Origin: Chrysomallon squamiferum
Lineage: Eukaryota; Animalia; Mollusca
Assembly: GCA_012295275.1 (NCBI GenBank)
Contig: CM022667.1
Coordinates: forward strand, 13,020,001 to 13,084,000
Direction: 5' to 3'
DNA length: 64,000 nucleotides
Shown here: piece by piece, positions 1-30,531 of the stretch
How positions within the stretch are numbered: the stretch's first letter is position 1
How the letters are laid out: the number at the start of each line of letters is the position of its first letter
Made by a program: the position numbers and the translations under genes
Notes under the pieces: generated by a model
Seen by the model: the letters and a program-made list of their open reading frames with translations, nothing else
What the model was told of the DNA's origin: nothing
The model's database searches: none

Positions 1-428
1 ACAGTCAGAAACTATTTTTCTACTATGTAACGACATCCATCAGTTTTCCAACATTGATCGTTGCTTCGTCTGTTGCTGTCGACGTGGCTGATCTGCCTCA
101 CACTGTTATTGGATACGGGGACAACGACGTCTGCTGGATTGCTAACAAGAAAGCTTTGATGGTAACATTCGCCGTTCCACTGGCTACTCTTCTTGCAGTA
201 AACATTGTTTGTTTCGTAATCACGATATGCGCTATTGAAAGAAGTATGAAGGTGTCGAAGACGGCCACGTCGACAAGAAAAGACAGAATTAAATGTTTTA
301 TTTACTGCAAACTGCTGATCATTACTGGACTCACTTGGACTTTTGGGTTTGTGGCTGCGTTTTTCAAGTCTGACTGGTTTGGGGTACATTTTCCTCTGTT
401 TTGGCTTAGTCGCCGAGTTTTTTACTAA
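1..428 (+). pseudogene. 3' part (TM4-TM6) of a Methuselah-like class-B GPCR paralog with TM7 deleted and frameshifted; 5' part lies outside the window
   Basis: Frame from nt 3 reads SQKLFFYYVTTSISFPTLIVASSVAVDVADLPHTVIGYGDNDVCW...KSDWF, nearly identical to the GPCRs at 25468-28253 and 30532-33320. After KSDWF the 36 nt encoding VFIILNGSQGLY are missing and one extra base shifts the frame, giving a stop at 428. Confidence 0.8.
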
Positions 429-2178
429 AAGATGAAACTTGAAGATCGTTCTGATTTCGAAAATGGAACATTTTCCACAAGATTGTAAATTAAAAGATTA
501 AAGTGCTTTTTATTTATTAAACAAACGAAAATTAAATATATATATATATATATATATGGAAGTATTAAAAATAATAATTCATAAAATAAATAAATAACTA
601 TATAAAAATTGTATTACAAATAAAAATAATAGTAAAAAATAGAAATGTCTAAACAGGTAATATGATAACATGTCCCTTTTTTCTATCTGCACCCTGAAAT
701 TTTCAGTTTGAGGGAACACACACACAAATACACACACACATGCACACACAGAGACACATACAACAACAAAAACTGGTTTTGTTACAAAATTTAATATGCA
801 TAGTACAATTACTTATGCAAGCAGGCGTGCATTGGTAAAGTGGATTTTACATCCCAGATAGAAAATATTTCACAAAATACATAAGAATAAAAACAAAAAT
901 TCTAACAATGAAATCTTTGTACAAATAACAACATTATGTGTAGTGTAACAAATTGATTCAGTTAAAGAGCAACTTTGATGGTTAGTACAGATTCTCTCAA
1001 CGTATTTAAAATATTTTCTGGTTACTGTTTTATTGTTGTTGGAAGTATGCAAAATGTACATAAAGTAAAGGTTTATTATACGAAAATGTACAAACATGTC
1101 AAAATCATATATTTGTAAATGCAGATAAGGACACTTTGAGATATTAATACATTTATCACTTGACATTATAAAAGGAAGAACACTTTTACCTGTTATACAC
1201 ATATAATTTTAACATAGTAATTTTAACATAGTAATTTTAACATAGTAATATATATATATATATATTTTAAAAATGCTATTGTAAGGCTTAATTCTATAAA
1301 CACAAACACAAATATATGCTCTAAGAGAAGATAAACACACATACAAACACACACATGCATGCATGCACACACACACTTAAACATAGTTGTCTGTAAATGT
1401 TATCCTTATTTAATTTTGCACCTGGCATTTCTTCTTGGTACAGATGTACCCCAGACAGTTAAGATTTAACATATATAAAAATACACATCCAAACAAGCAG
1501 ACTCAGAAAATATTTGGGGGCATCAAAATTTCCCTAAAAGGATTAACAGTAACAACTTATTTATTTAATAAAAAATTTAAAATAATTATAATATAAATAT
1601 TATAGAAATATAATTATATTTTCTCTAAACACATTGATCAGTATAGACTGTCATATCAAATGTACATCTGTAAATCTGGTGCTAGAAATATGTTCAAATG
1701 AACAGACATTGTCTCAATTTAAACCAGTTAAACAACATTACAGTGAATTTGTTTCTATTAAAAAATATAATAATAAAAATTATGGATCAACCTATCATTA
1801 TTGGAATAACAAATACTAATTTTGTTACAAATAAAACATTTTAAGACTTGATTTCCCAGTTGTGAATTTAATGAATTTCATAATCTCATTGTTTTCATAT
1901 AAACAAGAAAAGAAAAGCATTAAATAAACAATAATAAAGTAATAATAATAACGATAATAACAGAAGAAGAAAAACAACATAACAGTAATACAAGAAGAAA
2001 AATTATAAAAATATTTTTTTAACTGCACCCAATTAGAATATTTCTAAATAAAAAAAAGTAATCTACAAGCACTATAATATCACAGTTCACATCCAGTTTA
2101 TTTGTTTCTTTATATAGCACTTTTAAATTTTTAAATTATTATCTTCATTATTAATATATATTTTTAATTATTTTTATG

Positions 2179-2212
<34 letters not shown>

Positions 2213-2294
2213 TACAAACACATATATACAAGCACATCTCTCTCTCTCTCTCTGTACTGGTTACTTTGGCTATCAATTCTTTTTTTTTATACAA

Positions 2295-20368
<18,074 letters not shown>

Positions 20369-21329
20369 GGCTGCAGTGCCATCAAGACAATGTTTCTGTT
20401 TGAATTTTCATATTTTTCCAAGTTATTCACATCTGTATTAAAAAACAAGATTAATAACTACTAATTAATTAATAACTGAAAAAAAAAAAAAAAAAAATTA
20501 AAAAAAATAATAATATAAAATATTGACGAAAATTCAGTCCTCAGAATCATTAGTTATATAATTACTAATTTCAACGATTCAATCAGATGTTTATGTAACG
20601 CCGTGGTTCGTCCTTACATGCTTGCCTAAAGTCCAAAGTTGTGTAGCAGCCAAAATTAGGATAAAACTTTTATTAATAATACATGCTTTTTATTAAAATT
20701 ATAATATTTAAAATCAGGACATGAATTTAATCAGTATAATATCCTAAGTTTTAAATAAATAATACATTTTATTCCGCTTGTTACTAGTTTCGATATCTTA
20801 TCATGTCTATGTGGCCTTGATTGCTACATTTTAAACACTTTAATGCATTCTTCACTATCTTTATTTAATAACCCGCTGTAGAATGTAACACTTAATTGTT
20901 ATTATAAACACTAATTAACTGATTATTAATTACACTTTACAGATTTTTGCAATAGTATTTTTAAACTTTTGATAAATTTTCTCGAATTACTGTTAATCAA
21001 CTTAATGTATGTCATGAGAATGAAAAGAATACTTTCACAAAATAAATGATTTTCTTCTTATTATTATTTATAAACAGAAATAAAATAATTCCAGATATTA
21101 TTAGCTGCTATATTTTCTCCAGATTGTTCTGTCTAAATCTTACCAACTGTTAAATAATAATGCGTAACTGTAAACAACCAATGTTTTGTATCATTTTGGA
21201 CAAATCCGAAACAAGGTCACATGATCAAACACTTTTAAAGTTTTCTTTCCACAAAAAAATGCACCAAGGGCGATAATTAAGATAATACTTTACTTGGGGT
21301 CCAGTGAAGGATATTAAATAATAATAATA

Positions 21330-21362
<33 letters not shown>

Positions 21363-22305
21363 TAATAATAATAATAAATAAAAATTAGTCTAATAAAAAA
21401 TAATACACACACAATAATAACTCTTCTCTGAAAAAAAGAAAGAAAAAAGAAAAGGAAATAGTGGAAGTCAAGATGGTAAGTTTTACAAATTAGCAACTTT
21501 TCCAGTGCACCAGTTCTCAGTTCTGTGCCACTGAACAGTAAAATAGAAAATGGGCATTTGATGTAAGACTGCCAATGAGAGAAAAAACAGATCTTCAAAA
21601 TGATGATGTGTAAGTCAGGAAAATCGCCCATTTTAACTGTACGTAAATCGCACATTTTTATTATAGGAATCTATTATTTAATATAATCAGTTTTGTCAGT
21701 TATAAATTTGTTAATTTAAAAAAAAAAAAAATGTCTTTTAAAATTTATTTTAGCATGTATTTATTTGTGTATTTTTTGTTTTTGCTGTAATCATTGTTCT
21801 CTGATAAAAAAAACCTGGCATATTGCTGGGTTTTCTTTTCCTTTTTTTTTTTTTTTTAAATTTTGCAATGATAGTTTTGATTTTCCATTTTTGTCCTTTC
21901 TATTTGTTTTCTTTGTTACATTTGTTGAACTTGTGGTTCATATATTTATTAAAATTAATACTCTTATCATAAAACGTTACTGAATAATTACTGGTAATGT
22001 TTTATTAATGCACACATAAATAAATAAATAATAACAATAATAATAATAAAAATTGTTATTTCATCAATATTTATTATCAAGATAGAAAGAAATAATTTTC
22101 TGCCATGAACATCTCGTACTTTTATTCTAGAATCGTTTACTTGTTGTCCATATAACATTTTTTTTTATTTCAATCTATTCCCTTTCATGATTATACCGTT
22201 CACACAAAGTAACACTGCTGTCACACGCAGATCCATTTTTACGTCACTTCCGTAAGTCTGTTAATGGTTATCAATTTGTTAAACTAAACGGTCAGAAGTT
22301 CAGTA

Positions 22306-22994
22306 TCACGACTTTTTCTCCGATTCTATAAATTCTTTCTGTGCCAGTCTCTCTGTTTCGTCGATGTATTCTTTTCCTCGGCACCTGCGTCCAGTAACTG
22401 GGTCAACAATGGCTCCCAGTTTATACACCATCTCGATGACCTCGTGACGTACTTCCGGTATTTTCTGTTCTGCTAATGTCTTTATGAGAACCACGTCGCC
22501 AATGTCGCACTTCACGTTCTTCTCCTCTGCCCAACACTGGTGTCTTTTGTTAAAGTACTGTAACAGAGATAAACATTTTTGAAGCAGGAATTTAAAAATT
22601 CTTTTCATTTTCAAAACGAAAATAAATTATAATTATTTTATAATTCAAAGAAAACTCATAAATTTAATTTCATATTGATATATTCAACAGTATTTGTATA
22701 TCAAACAAGCATGCACACGCACGTGCACGTACACAAACGTACAGATTTTCATAAGCATTTTTCCAGGCCTGTCTTCGGGTATGGGCAGAGGGGAGACACC
22801 CTATAGTCTAGGTGCCCATGCAATCTATGTATGCTGTGGGTTGCTGTTAATACAAATTTCGTGTATGTAGGGGCCCCTGTGTGTTGGCTTTGCGCAAAGG
22901 CCTGTAAGATGGTCCTGACAGTAATCGTAGTTTATCTCATGATTACGGTTCGTTCCAGATTTTCTGACAAACAGGTATTATCGAAACACACACA

Positions 22995-23033
<39 letters not shown>

Positions 23034-23204
23034 ACATACGTATATATATATATATATATATAAATATATAACTTCGGCTTTCTTATATGTATTCATGACT
23101 GTTCTTAAGCGTACTCGATATTGGTCAATGTAAAGATATCACATTTATTTCTTAAACCTTTGTTTAAAATGTAGTATCGTCTTGAAGCTTTCTCTCGTTT
23201 GTAG

Positions 23205-23245
<41 letters not shown>

Positions 23246-23481
23246 TAGTAGTAGTAGTAGTAGTAGTAGTAGTAACAAATATGTTAGCATACGTGATCAC
23301 CTTATCGATATACATATGTATTAGTACTGTGGAAACCAATCATAAGTCTACAACGACTGAGTTTACTAACCTTCAACAAATATCTGTCAAGTGCCAGTTT
23401 CAGATAGCGTACTTTCACAAGTTCGGGCCGCATCTGATGTCGTTTCATCACCTGCCCTATGACAATGTTCATTCGAGACAT
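22306..23481 (-). CDS. MRPS17: Mitochondrial ribosomal protein S17 (uS17m), 2 coding exons, about 120 aa
   Basis: Exon 23481-23371 (MSRMNIVIGQVMKRHQMRPELVKVRYLKLALDRYLLK) joins in phase 0 via GT-AG to exon 22557-22306 (YFNKRHQCWAEEKNVKCDIGDVVLIK...VYKLGAIVDPVTGRRC). This matches MRPS17 hallmarks LDxYLLKYFNKR, GDxVL and DPVTG. Confidence 0.93.
22764..22917. mobile_element. Degenerate MITE-like element in the MRPS17 intron
   Basis: GC-rich island in an AT-rich intron bounded by imperfect terminal inverted repeats CAGGCCTGTCTT (22764-22775) and AAGATGGTCCTG (22906-22917). No clear TSD. Confidence 0.4.
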
Positions 23482-23634
23482 TTTTGTACCTGAGATAACT
23501 GTCTGTTAAGTTAAAAACAGTTCTGCAAAATAACAACGTGATCAATGAAACACTACAACTAAGGGAGATAACTTAGGTGTAAAGAGGTTCTGTTTAGGTA
23601 TATTAGATCTACCTGATTTTTTGAAATTTAGATT

Positions 23635-23713
<79 letters not shown>

Positions 23714-24093
23714 CAGCCGTCGCTTGTTATAAAGCAATGGAATATTTAAGTTTAATACATTCATTTTACATAAATATTATATTTTATTAACTTCCATCGA
23801 ATTAGCTTAGTATCGCAGAGTTACACATGATTTTAATAGTAAATAAAAAAATAAAAATAAAATAAAATAATAATAATAATAATAAAATAATAATAATAAA
23901 AAATAATAAATAAGTAAAAATAACAACAACAACAATAACAACAAACGAACAAAAACAACAACGAAATATATCCAAACAAACGAAAAGAATTATGAATTAC
24001 GCTTCACATTATTATGTCTACATATAGTTTCTGTACAATGACAAGAAAAGATTCTAAATATGATGATGATAATGGTGATGATTATAGTGATTG

Positions 24094-24138
<45 letters not shown>

Positions 24139-24340
24139 AAGAATGAAAAAATAAATAAAGAAAATATAATGTTAAAGACATTTTTTTTTTAAAATCAGAT
24201 GTTCATTTTAATTTTCACTCAGGCTTGGTACTTTTCTTCCAGTTATTTTAAAATATCTAACTATTCGTACGCACGTGAATAATTTCTGAACTGCAGTTTG
24301 ATCATCTGACTACTTTTCGGGAAACAAAAGCAACAAAATA

Positions 24341-24375
<35 letters not shown>

Positions 24376-24746
24376 AATAATAATAATAAACACAAACAAA
24401 AATACTTCAAATAACATCTTCAAGAACTTTTAAACAACACGACGACACTCGCGTTGATATAATATTTCATGCACCTGTATCCTTGATATTTATATTACCA
24501 AACAGAGGATCTAAAACAAATAATAACACAATTGAAACTGACATAATTAAGAATTACAATAATCGACAGAGGCTGCTTGAACAAGTATTTAATACTGTCG
24601 AGATGTCTACCAGACAAGACATCATGATTTATTACCAACATCTGCTATCCGTTCGTTTGTAATCGATTACAGTTAACAATATAAAAACATCTTTCGAGAC
24701 TTTATGTTCAGCTACATGTATATATATATTAGACACTATTATCAAA

Positions 24747-27700
24747 ATGTTACTTACGCTTTCAGTTAAATTGATGGTTTCTAAGATGATTTTACTGGGA
24801 CTAATGAAAGGTAGGTTGTACGTATTGCTTGGCAACGCAGTACTCTAAGATAGGACACGATAGGATATAATGTGATTATAATATAATTATATTATATGTT
24901 TGGCCGTAACTAGACTCTTTTTGAAATGAGGCAAAAACACTTAATCGCCGAGAAATTTGGGCGAGGGATCTGAGTACCCCTGAAGATCCAACTTAAAAGA
25001 CGCAAAATCCTCGATTCTAGCCTTTTATATGTTATATTTTTAAAATAAAATCTTTGTATATATATATTATTAAAAAAGGCAATTTCGTTTGAGGCATTTG
25101 TCTCAATGTAGTTACGGCCGTGTAAAGTTTGTTACGTTTTTCTGACGTTAAAATTTCAGTGATGTCATGTCGAAACGGCTCTTATATTTAATGCAATAAA
25201 ATGGTAATATAATATTACATAAAATAATATAATACACAATGACATAAGAACATAACATAACTATATAATATAATATAATATATAATACAACATAATGTAA
25301 TATAATGTAATGTGATGTAACATAATATAATATAACATATGATATGATATTATATGATATTATAATATGATTTTATAAAATATAATATATGATACCATAA
25401 GTAGAAAACAACCTAATGTATAGTAAAACTAAGTATATTGAAAAATATAACATTTCTTTTTCTTTAGTCTGCAGTAGTCAGTTGAAGTCATCTACAGTTG
25501 AATACTTTGGCCTTGAAATGCCAGGGTGTGAAAATCGTGTCTGTGAAAACAAATGCTTTGATGGTAAAATGGAGGCGACAGTGCTAAGTGACAAACTCCA
25601 CTGTTTTTGCGACACTGCGTGTATAATATACGGTGACTGTTGTCCCGACTTCTACTCAGTCTGTGTAGCTAACTCGAGTGACGTACGACCTGGTAATTAC
25701 GACTGGGTGAACGAACAGGTTAAGAAAATGTCAAAGAATTTCACCGAATATACATTTTTAATGCTTCTCTTCAAATACAAAGTGTGTACGACTGTTCACA
25801 CTGATGCAAAGTCGCCTTCCATGAACATCTGGTTAATTGGCGAATGTCCAGAGTCATATGATAATTCAACAGTTTCGTCTAACTGCCATGATCGTGAAGC
25901 AGACGTCACTCGGTCTGTTCCCGCCACTCACAGAATGTACAACTTCGTTACGTTCAGAAACGTCTTCTGCGCTACCTGCCACGGTTTCGATATCAGCGAC
26001 GTCTGGATCTGGAATGGATCTGTCAGCTCTAAACACAGTAAAAATAAAGCTAACATCAGTTTCGGTGGTTTACGAAATGTAACAGTTACAGGTCATTGCC
26101 ACACCAAGCTACGTTCCCTACCGACAGCAGAACACAGATATTGTCACGTGTCTGATATCACAGACAGGGTTTTCTCGAGAAGAAATGATGAAAATTTCGT
26201 CAGAGACATGCAGCAGAATTCACCGATCAAAGAGGCCACGTTTCCAACCGATTTCGTTAGTTTCAATACGACACTGACACTTAATAATTCAGAAATTGTC
26301 GCCAGGTTTCTGGAACTCTGTAGTTCATATCGTTACCCACTTGTATCTAAATGTCGCACGCATAGAAATCTTCACTGTATTCTTATAGGAAACAAAACCA
26401 CTCCAAACCAAAGCTACACCTGTGAGCCTTGTACCATATCCAGCCCTAAATTTATTAATTTAGGTCTTTTATTCAATTTTAATGACATCAAACCCCTTCT
26501 TTCCGTAACTTCTTATAGCAGCTCTGATCGCGTGATCTGTAACGTGGATGAAGTTTATGACTATTACGTAGACAAGTGTCGACAACTTGTCTGTCCTGAA
26601 GGCAGATTTCCAGTGAACGGTTCTTGTGTGATAAATGGCTCTGTCGTCGGTGATTTAAAACAACAGAAATTTATTGACGGCTTCAAGACGGTCTATTTAA
26701 ATATAACATACAGTGATGAAAGATGTAAACTGTATGAAAAGCATCTTGCAGAATCATTATTTCGTACAGTGAAAGACAGAACCAAGCAAAAATGCTTAGA
26801 AGCAGATTCAGCATCGTCAGCTACAGCGGCAAATATCACCAATGTTAATACAGTAATATTAACTGTAAAATCAAGATGTTCAGTTAAAGACGGATTTAAT
26901 AATATTCATAGACATAAGTTCAGATATTCTTGCTATTTTTTAAGTATTTTAATTGAACTTTTGAATAAGGGAATGTACGGAAACCATTCTTTCATTGCAA
27001 CACTGAAAACATTTCCCAGCAACGAAGATTTAAGTTGCACAAATGAAAGTCAAGTTACAAGGAATCCAAAAGACAGTCTGTCGCAGAGAAACGGTACTTG
27101 GTTTGTGAAACATGGCGGTCTATTTTACCCGCTGGAGTACATCCCATTCGTTATGAGAATAGACAGCAATGGAAGTAGCCTTTTGGAATATACTATTTGT
27201 CACATGAACTCTTCTCGTCTGCTAGACTGTCCTATGGTTTCCTATCCTGAAAACCTGACTGAAAATGTAAACGAGACTCTCCACATCCTTGGAACTGACT
27301 TCTTCGTTTCTTCTGGGCGGTTTGTATTTGACGAAAATCAAGTCTATGTATGTTCTAACTTTAGCAGAGAGTACAACAAGAACGAGACTGTCCGTTTCTT
27401 TGACTTCAACCCAACACAGGGAATATTAACTTTGATTTGTTCTCTTGTTTCCGTGTTTTCATTAGCACTCACACTCATAATCTACTTACTTCTACCAGAT
27501 CTTCAAAACATTCCAGGAAAAATCGTCATGTCCGTATCATTTTCACTGATGACGTCGCAGATCCTACTACTGTTGAGTAATGCAGCTACTGGTCTCTTCT
27601 GCAAAGTTCTGGCAATTGTCCTTCACTGGTCATGGTTGTCTACCTTCATCTGGATGACCATGATGGCCATAAATCTTGTCAAAACGTTCACTTCAAAAAC

Positions 27701-28253
27701 CACAGCTGCTCAAAGCAACAAACTGTTTTTCTACTATGTAATAACAGCTATGAGTTTTCCAACTTTGATCGTTGCTTCGTCTGTTGCTGTCGACATGGCT
27801 GACCTGTCTCGCGTTGTTATTGGATACGGGGTCAATGACGTCTGCTGGATTGGTAATAAAAAGGCTTTGCTGATTGTGTTTGCCCTACCACTAGCAACAC
27901 TTCTTGCAGTAAACATTGTTTGTTTCGTAATCACGATATGCGCTATTGAAAGAAGTACGAAGATGTCGAAGACGGCCACGTCGACAAGAAAAGACAGAAT
28001 TAAATGTTTTATTTACTGCAAACTTCTGATCATTACTGGACTCACTTGGACTTTTGGGTTTGCGGCTGCGTTTTTCAAGTCTGACTGGTTTTGGTACGTG
28101 TTTATAATTCTCAACGGAAGTCAAGGATTGTACATTTTCCTCTGTTTCGTTGTCAACAGCAGAGTTTTAAGACTACTTAGAAATAAATTACAGACTGCAA
28201 AGCATCTTGTGGGTTCGAATCAGGAATCACGAACTACATCGACCAGAATGTAA
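24747..28253 (+). CDS. Somatomedin-B domain / Methuselah-like (class B3) GPCR, copy 2
   Basis: Predicted signal exon 24747-24810 (MLLTLSVKLMVSKMILLGLMK-G|GTAGGT, phase 1) splices to one large exon 25468-28253. SMB motif CFCDTACIIYGDCCPDFYSVC, Cys- and N-glycan-rich ectodomain, and a 7TM region with Mth-like LPDLQNIPGK after TM1, GYG..VCWI in ECL2 and NGSQGLYIFL in TM7. No GPS motif seen. Confidence 0.88.
24902..25119. mobile_element. MITE-like element (~218 bp) in predicted intron 1 of GPCR copy 2
   Basis: Perfect 11-bp terminal inverted repeat GGCCGTAACTA (24902-24912) / TAGTTACGGCC (25109-25119) with a non-coding interior. Confidence 0.6.
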
Positions 28254-29352
28254 ATAAACCAGAAACGTTCGTACTTGTAAAATAAGGTCTCTTGTCTAAC
28301 TTTTTTTAAAGTGTATTCGATATCGGATCCTTGAAAGTAAAACATTATTAAATAAACTTCACAAATGGCTATTCTGAAAGAAACATAATTAACTGAGAGA
28401 ATATTAATAATTTATCTTGCCTTTTTTTTTCTTTTTTTTTTAAAATAAAACTATTTTACAATATATTGTGAAATTCAATATTTCTTTCATATTAGGATAT
28501 ACAGTGTCAGATGTGCACAAAAATTCATATTTTTATATATATATATCTTATAAAATGTTGGAATGTCAAAAATATGATATGTTTTATTAATCGTGATTAC
28601 TCCATTTTTTTTTTTTTTCTTATCAGCCAATGAACACAAAGTATTCGTCGACAGTGGCTCGTCAGCAAAAGCTGGGTTTGTACATTTGAGAGGACACTGA
28701 TGTAAGATGTTTGTTATCCTTGTCGCAAGATTTACGAGAAGCGGAACAAAGATCATTTCGGACTAAGCTTATTGTGTTTGTGAAGAAAACAACTCCAATA
28801 CAAACTCGAACAAGACATCGTCCGTAGAGCGACATGTGTTTGACTTAAACCAATTAAAGGGTTTAAATGAAGAATATATAAATATATATGTACGATTTAA
28901 GGTGGAGTTAACGTGATTACATACTGTTTAGTAAACACAATAATATGGATTCTGTAAATACGAACGCCCAAATCAACTTACGACCAATTAGTTGGGACGG
29001 AATATGGTCGTAAATCGAAGACTGTCTGTGTTTTATAGTTGTAAAAGTATTACGCATTGAAGTGTGACATCATATGGAAGATTTATTTCAGACTTTTGAA
29101 ATATATTAATATTTATTTAATTCAGTTGTATGCGTCTATATATATATATATATTATTATTATTATTACTGTTGTTCTTATTACGCTCTTTACAGAAATAA
29201 AACAGCTGAATTAATCGATAACGTTTCTGTTTCGTTAACATAACCAAACACACGCGTTTTTTTTTTTTTTTTTTTAAATTCAGTTTAATTATGAATTACC
29301 TACTATAATAATGTATGTTATTTTTATTACTTAAACTGATTACTGATTTCAT

Positions 29353-29853
<501 letters not shown>

Positions 29854-30128
29854 CACATAAGAGTATGATAAATGCTTCCCACTCTTTGTATTTCTTTTTC
29901 TTCTTTTTAAGAAGAAAAAAAAAATATATATAGAAAAATTATAAATTATTCTTTCTTTTTAAACAAAAAAGTTCGTCTGAATGTAAATAATATTGTTTTC
30001 TATAAAAGACAAATCTTTAAAACAGTTTTCTTATACAAAGCTTTCGATATTCTGTATCAGATGAAAGAATGTTAATTCATCTTTTTTTATGAAACCACTA
30101 AAGATTATTTATTATTATTATTATTATT

Positions 30129-30159
<31 letters not shown>

Positions 30160-30531
30160 GTGTTATTATAATATAACAACAGCAAAAAAAAGTTTTTCCT
30201 ACATACCTACACACAGACATAAACTCATAACATACATGCACAGACATACATATATAAATAGATACACACATACAAATACATACATACACAAATTATTGAA
30301 ACGATTATAATTATGTAGTTAGCTTAAAGGAGATACGAGCCCCCCAAAAAAAAAAAAAAAAATATGAGCCCCCCAAAAAAAAAACACAAAAAAAAAACAA
30401 ACAAACAAACAAACAAACAAACAAACAAATAAAACATTTCTTTATTTCTTTCTTTATTTATTAAATGTCACTGAGGTAACTGTGTAACAGAAAACTGGTA
30501 GATGTCGTTTCCTTGTTAGTCTATTACGGAC

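Noticed and set aside
25416-25467. ORF-track N-terminus MYSKTKY... of GPCR copy 2 (and MFLFIFF... of copy 3, 33321-33357)
   Set aside because: These are intronic polypyrimidine tracts ending in AG at an equivalent phase-1 junction in both copies, not real starts.
27340-27420. Adhesion-GPCR GPS autoproteolysis site before TM1
   Set aside because: Sequence is VYVCSNFSREYNKNETVRFFDF, with no CxCxH(L)(T/S) motif.
28977-29013. Inverted repeat TTACGACCA / TGGTCGTAA, possible transposon end
   Set aside because: Only 9 bp, with no definable element boundaries or TSD.
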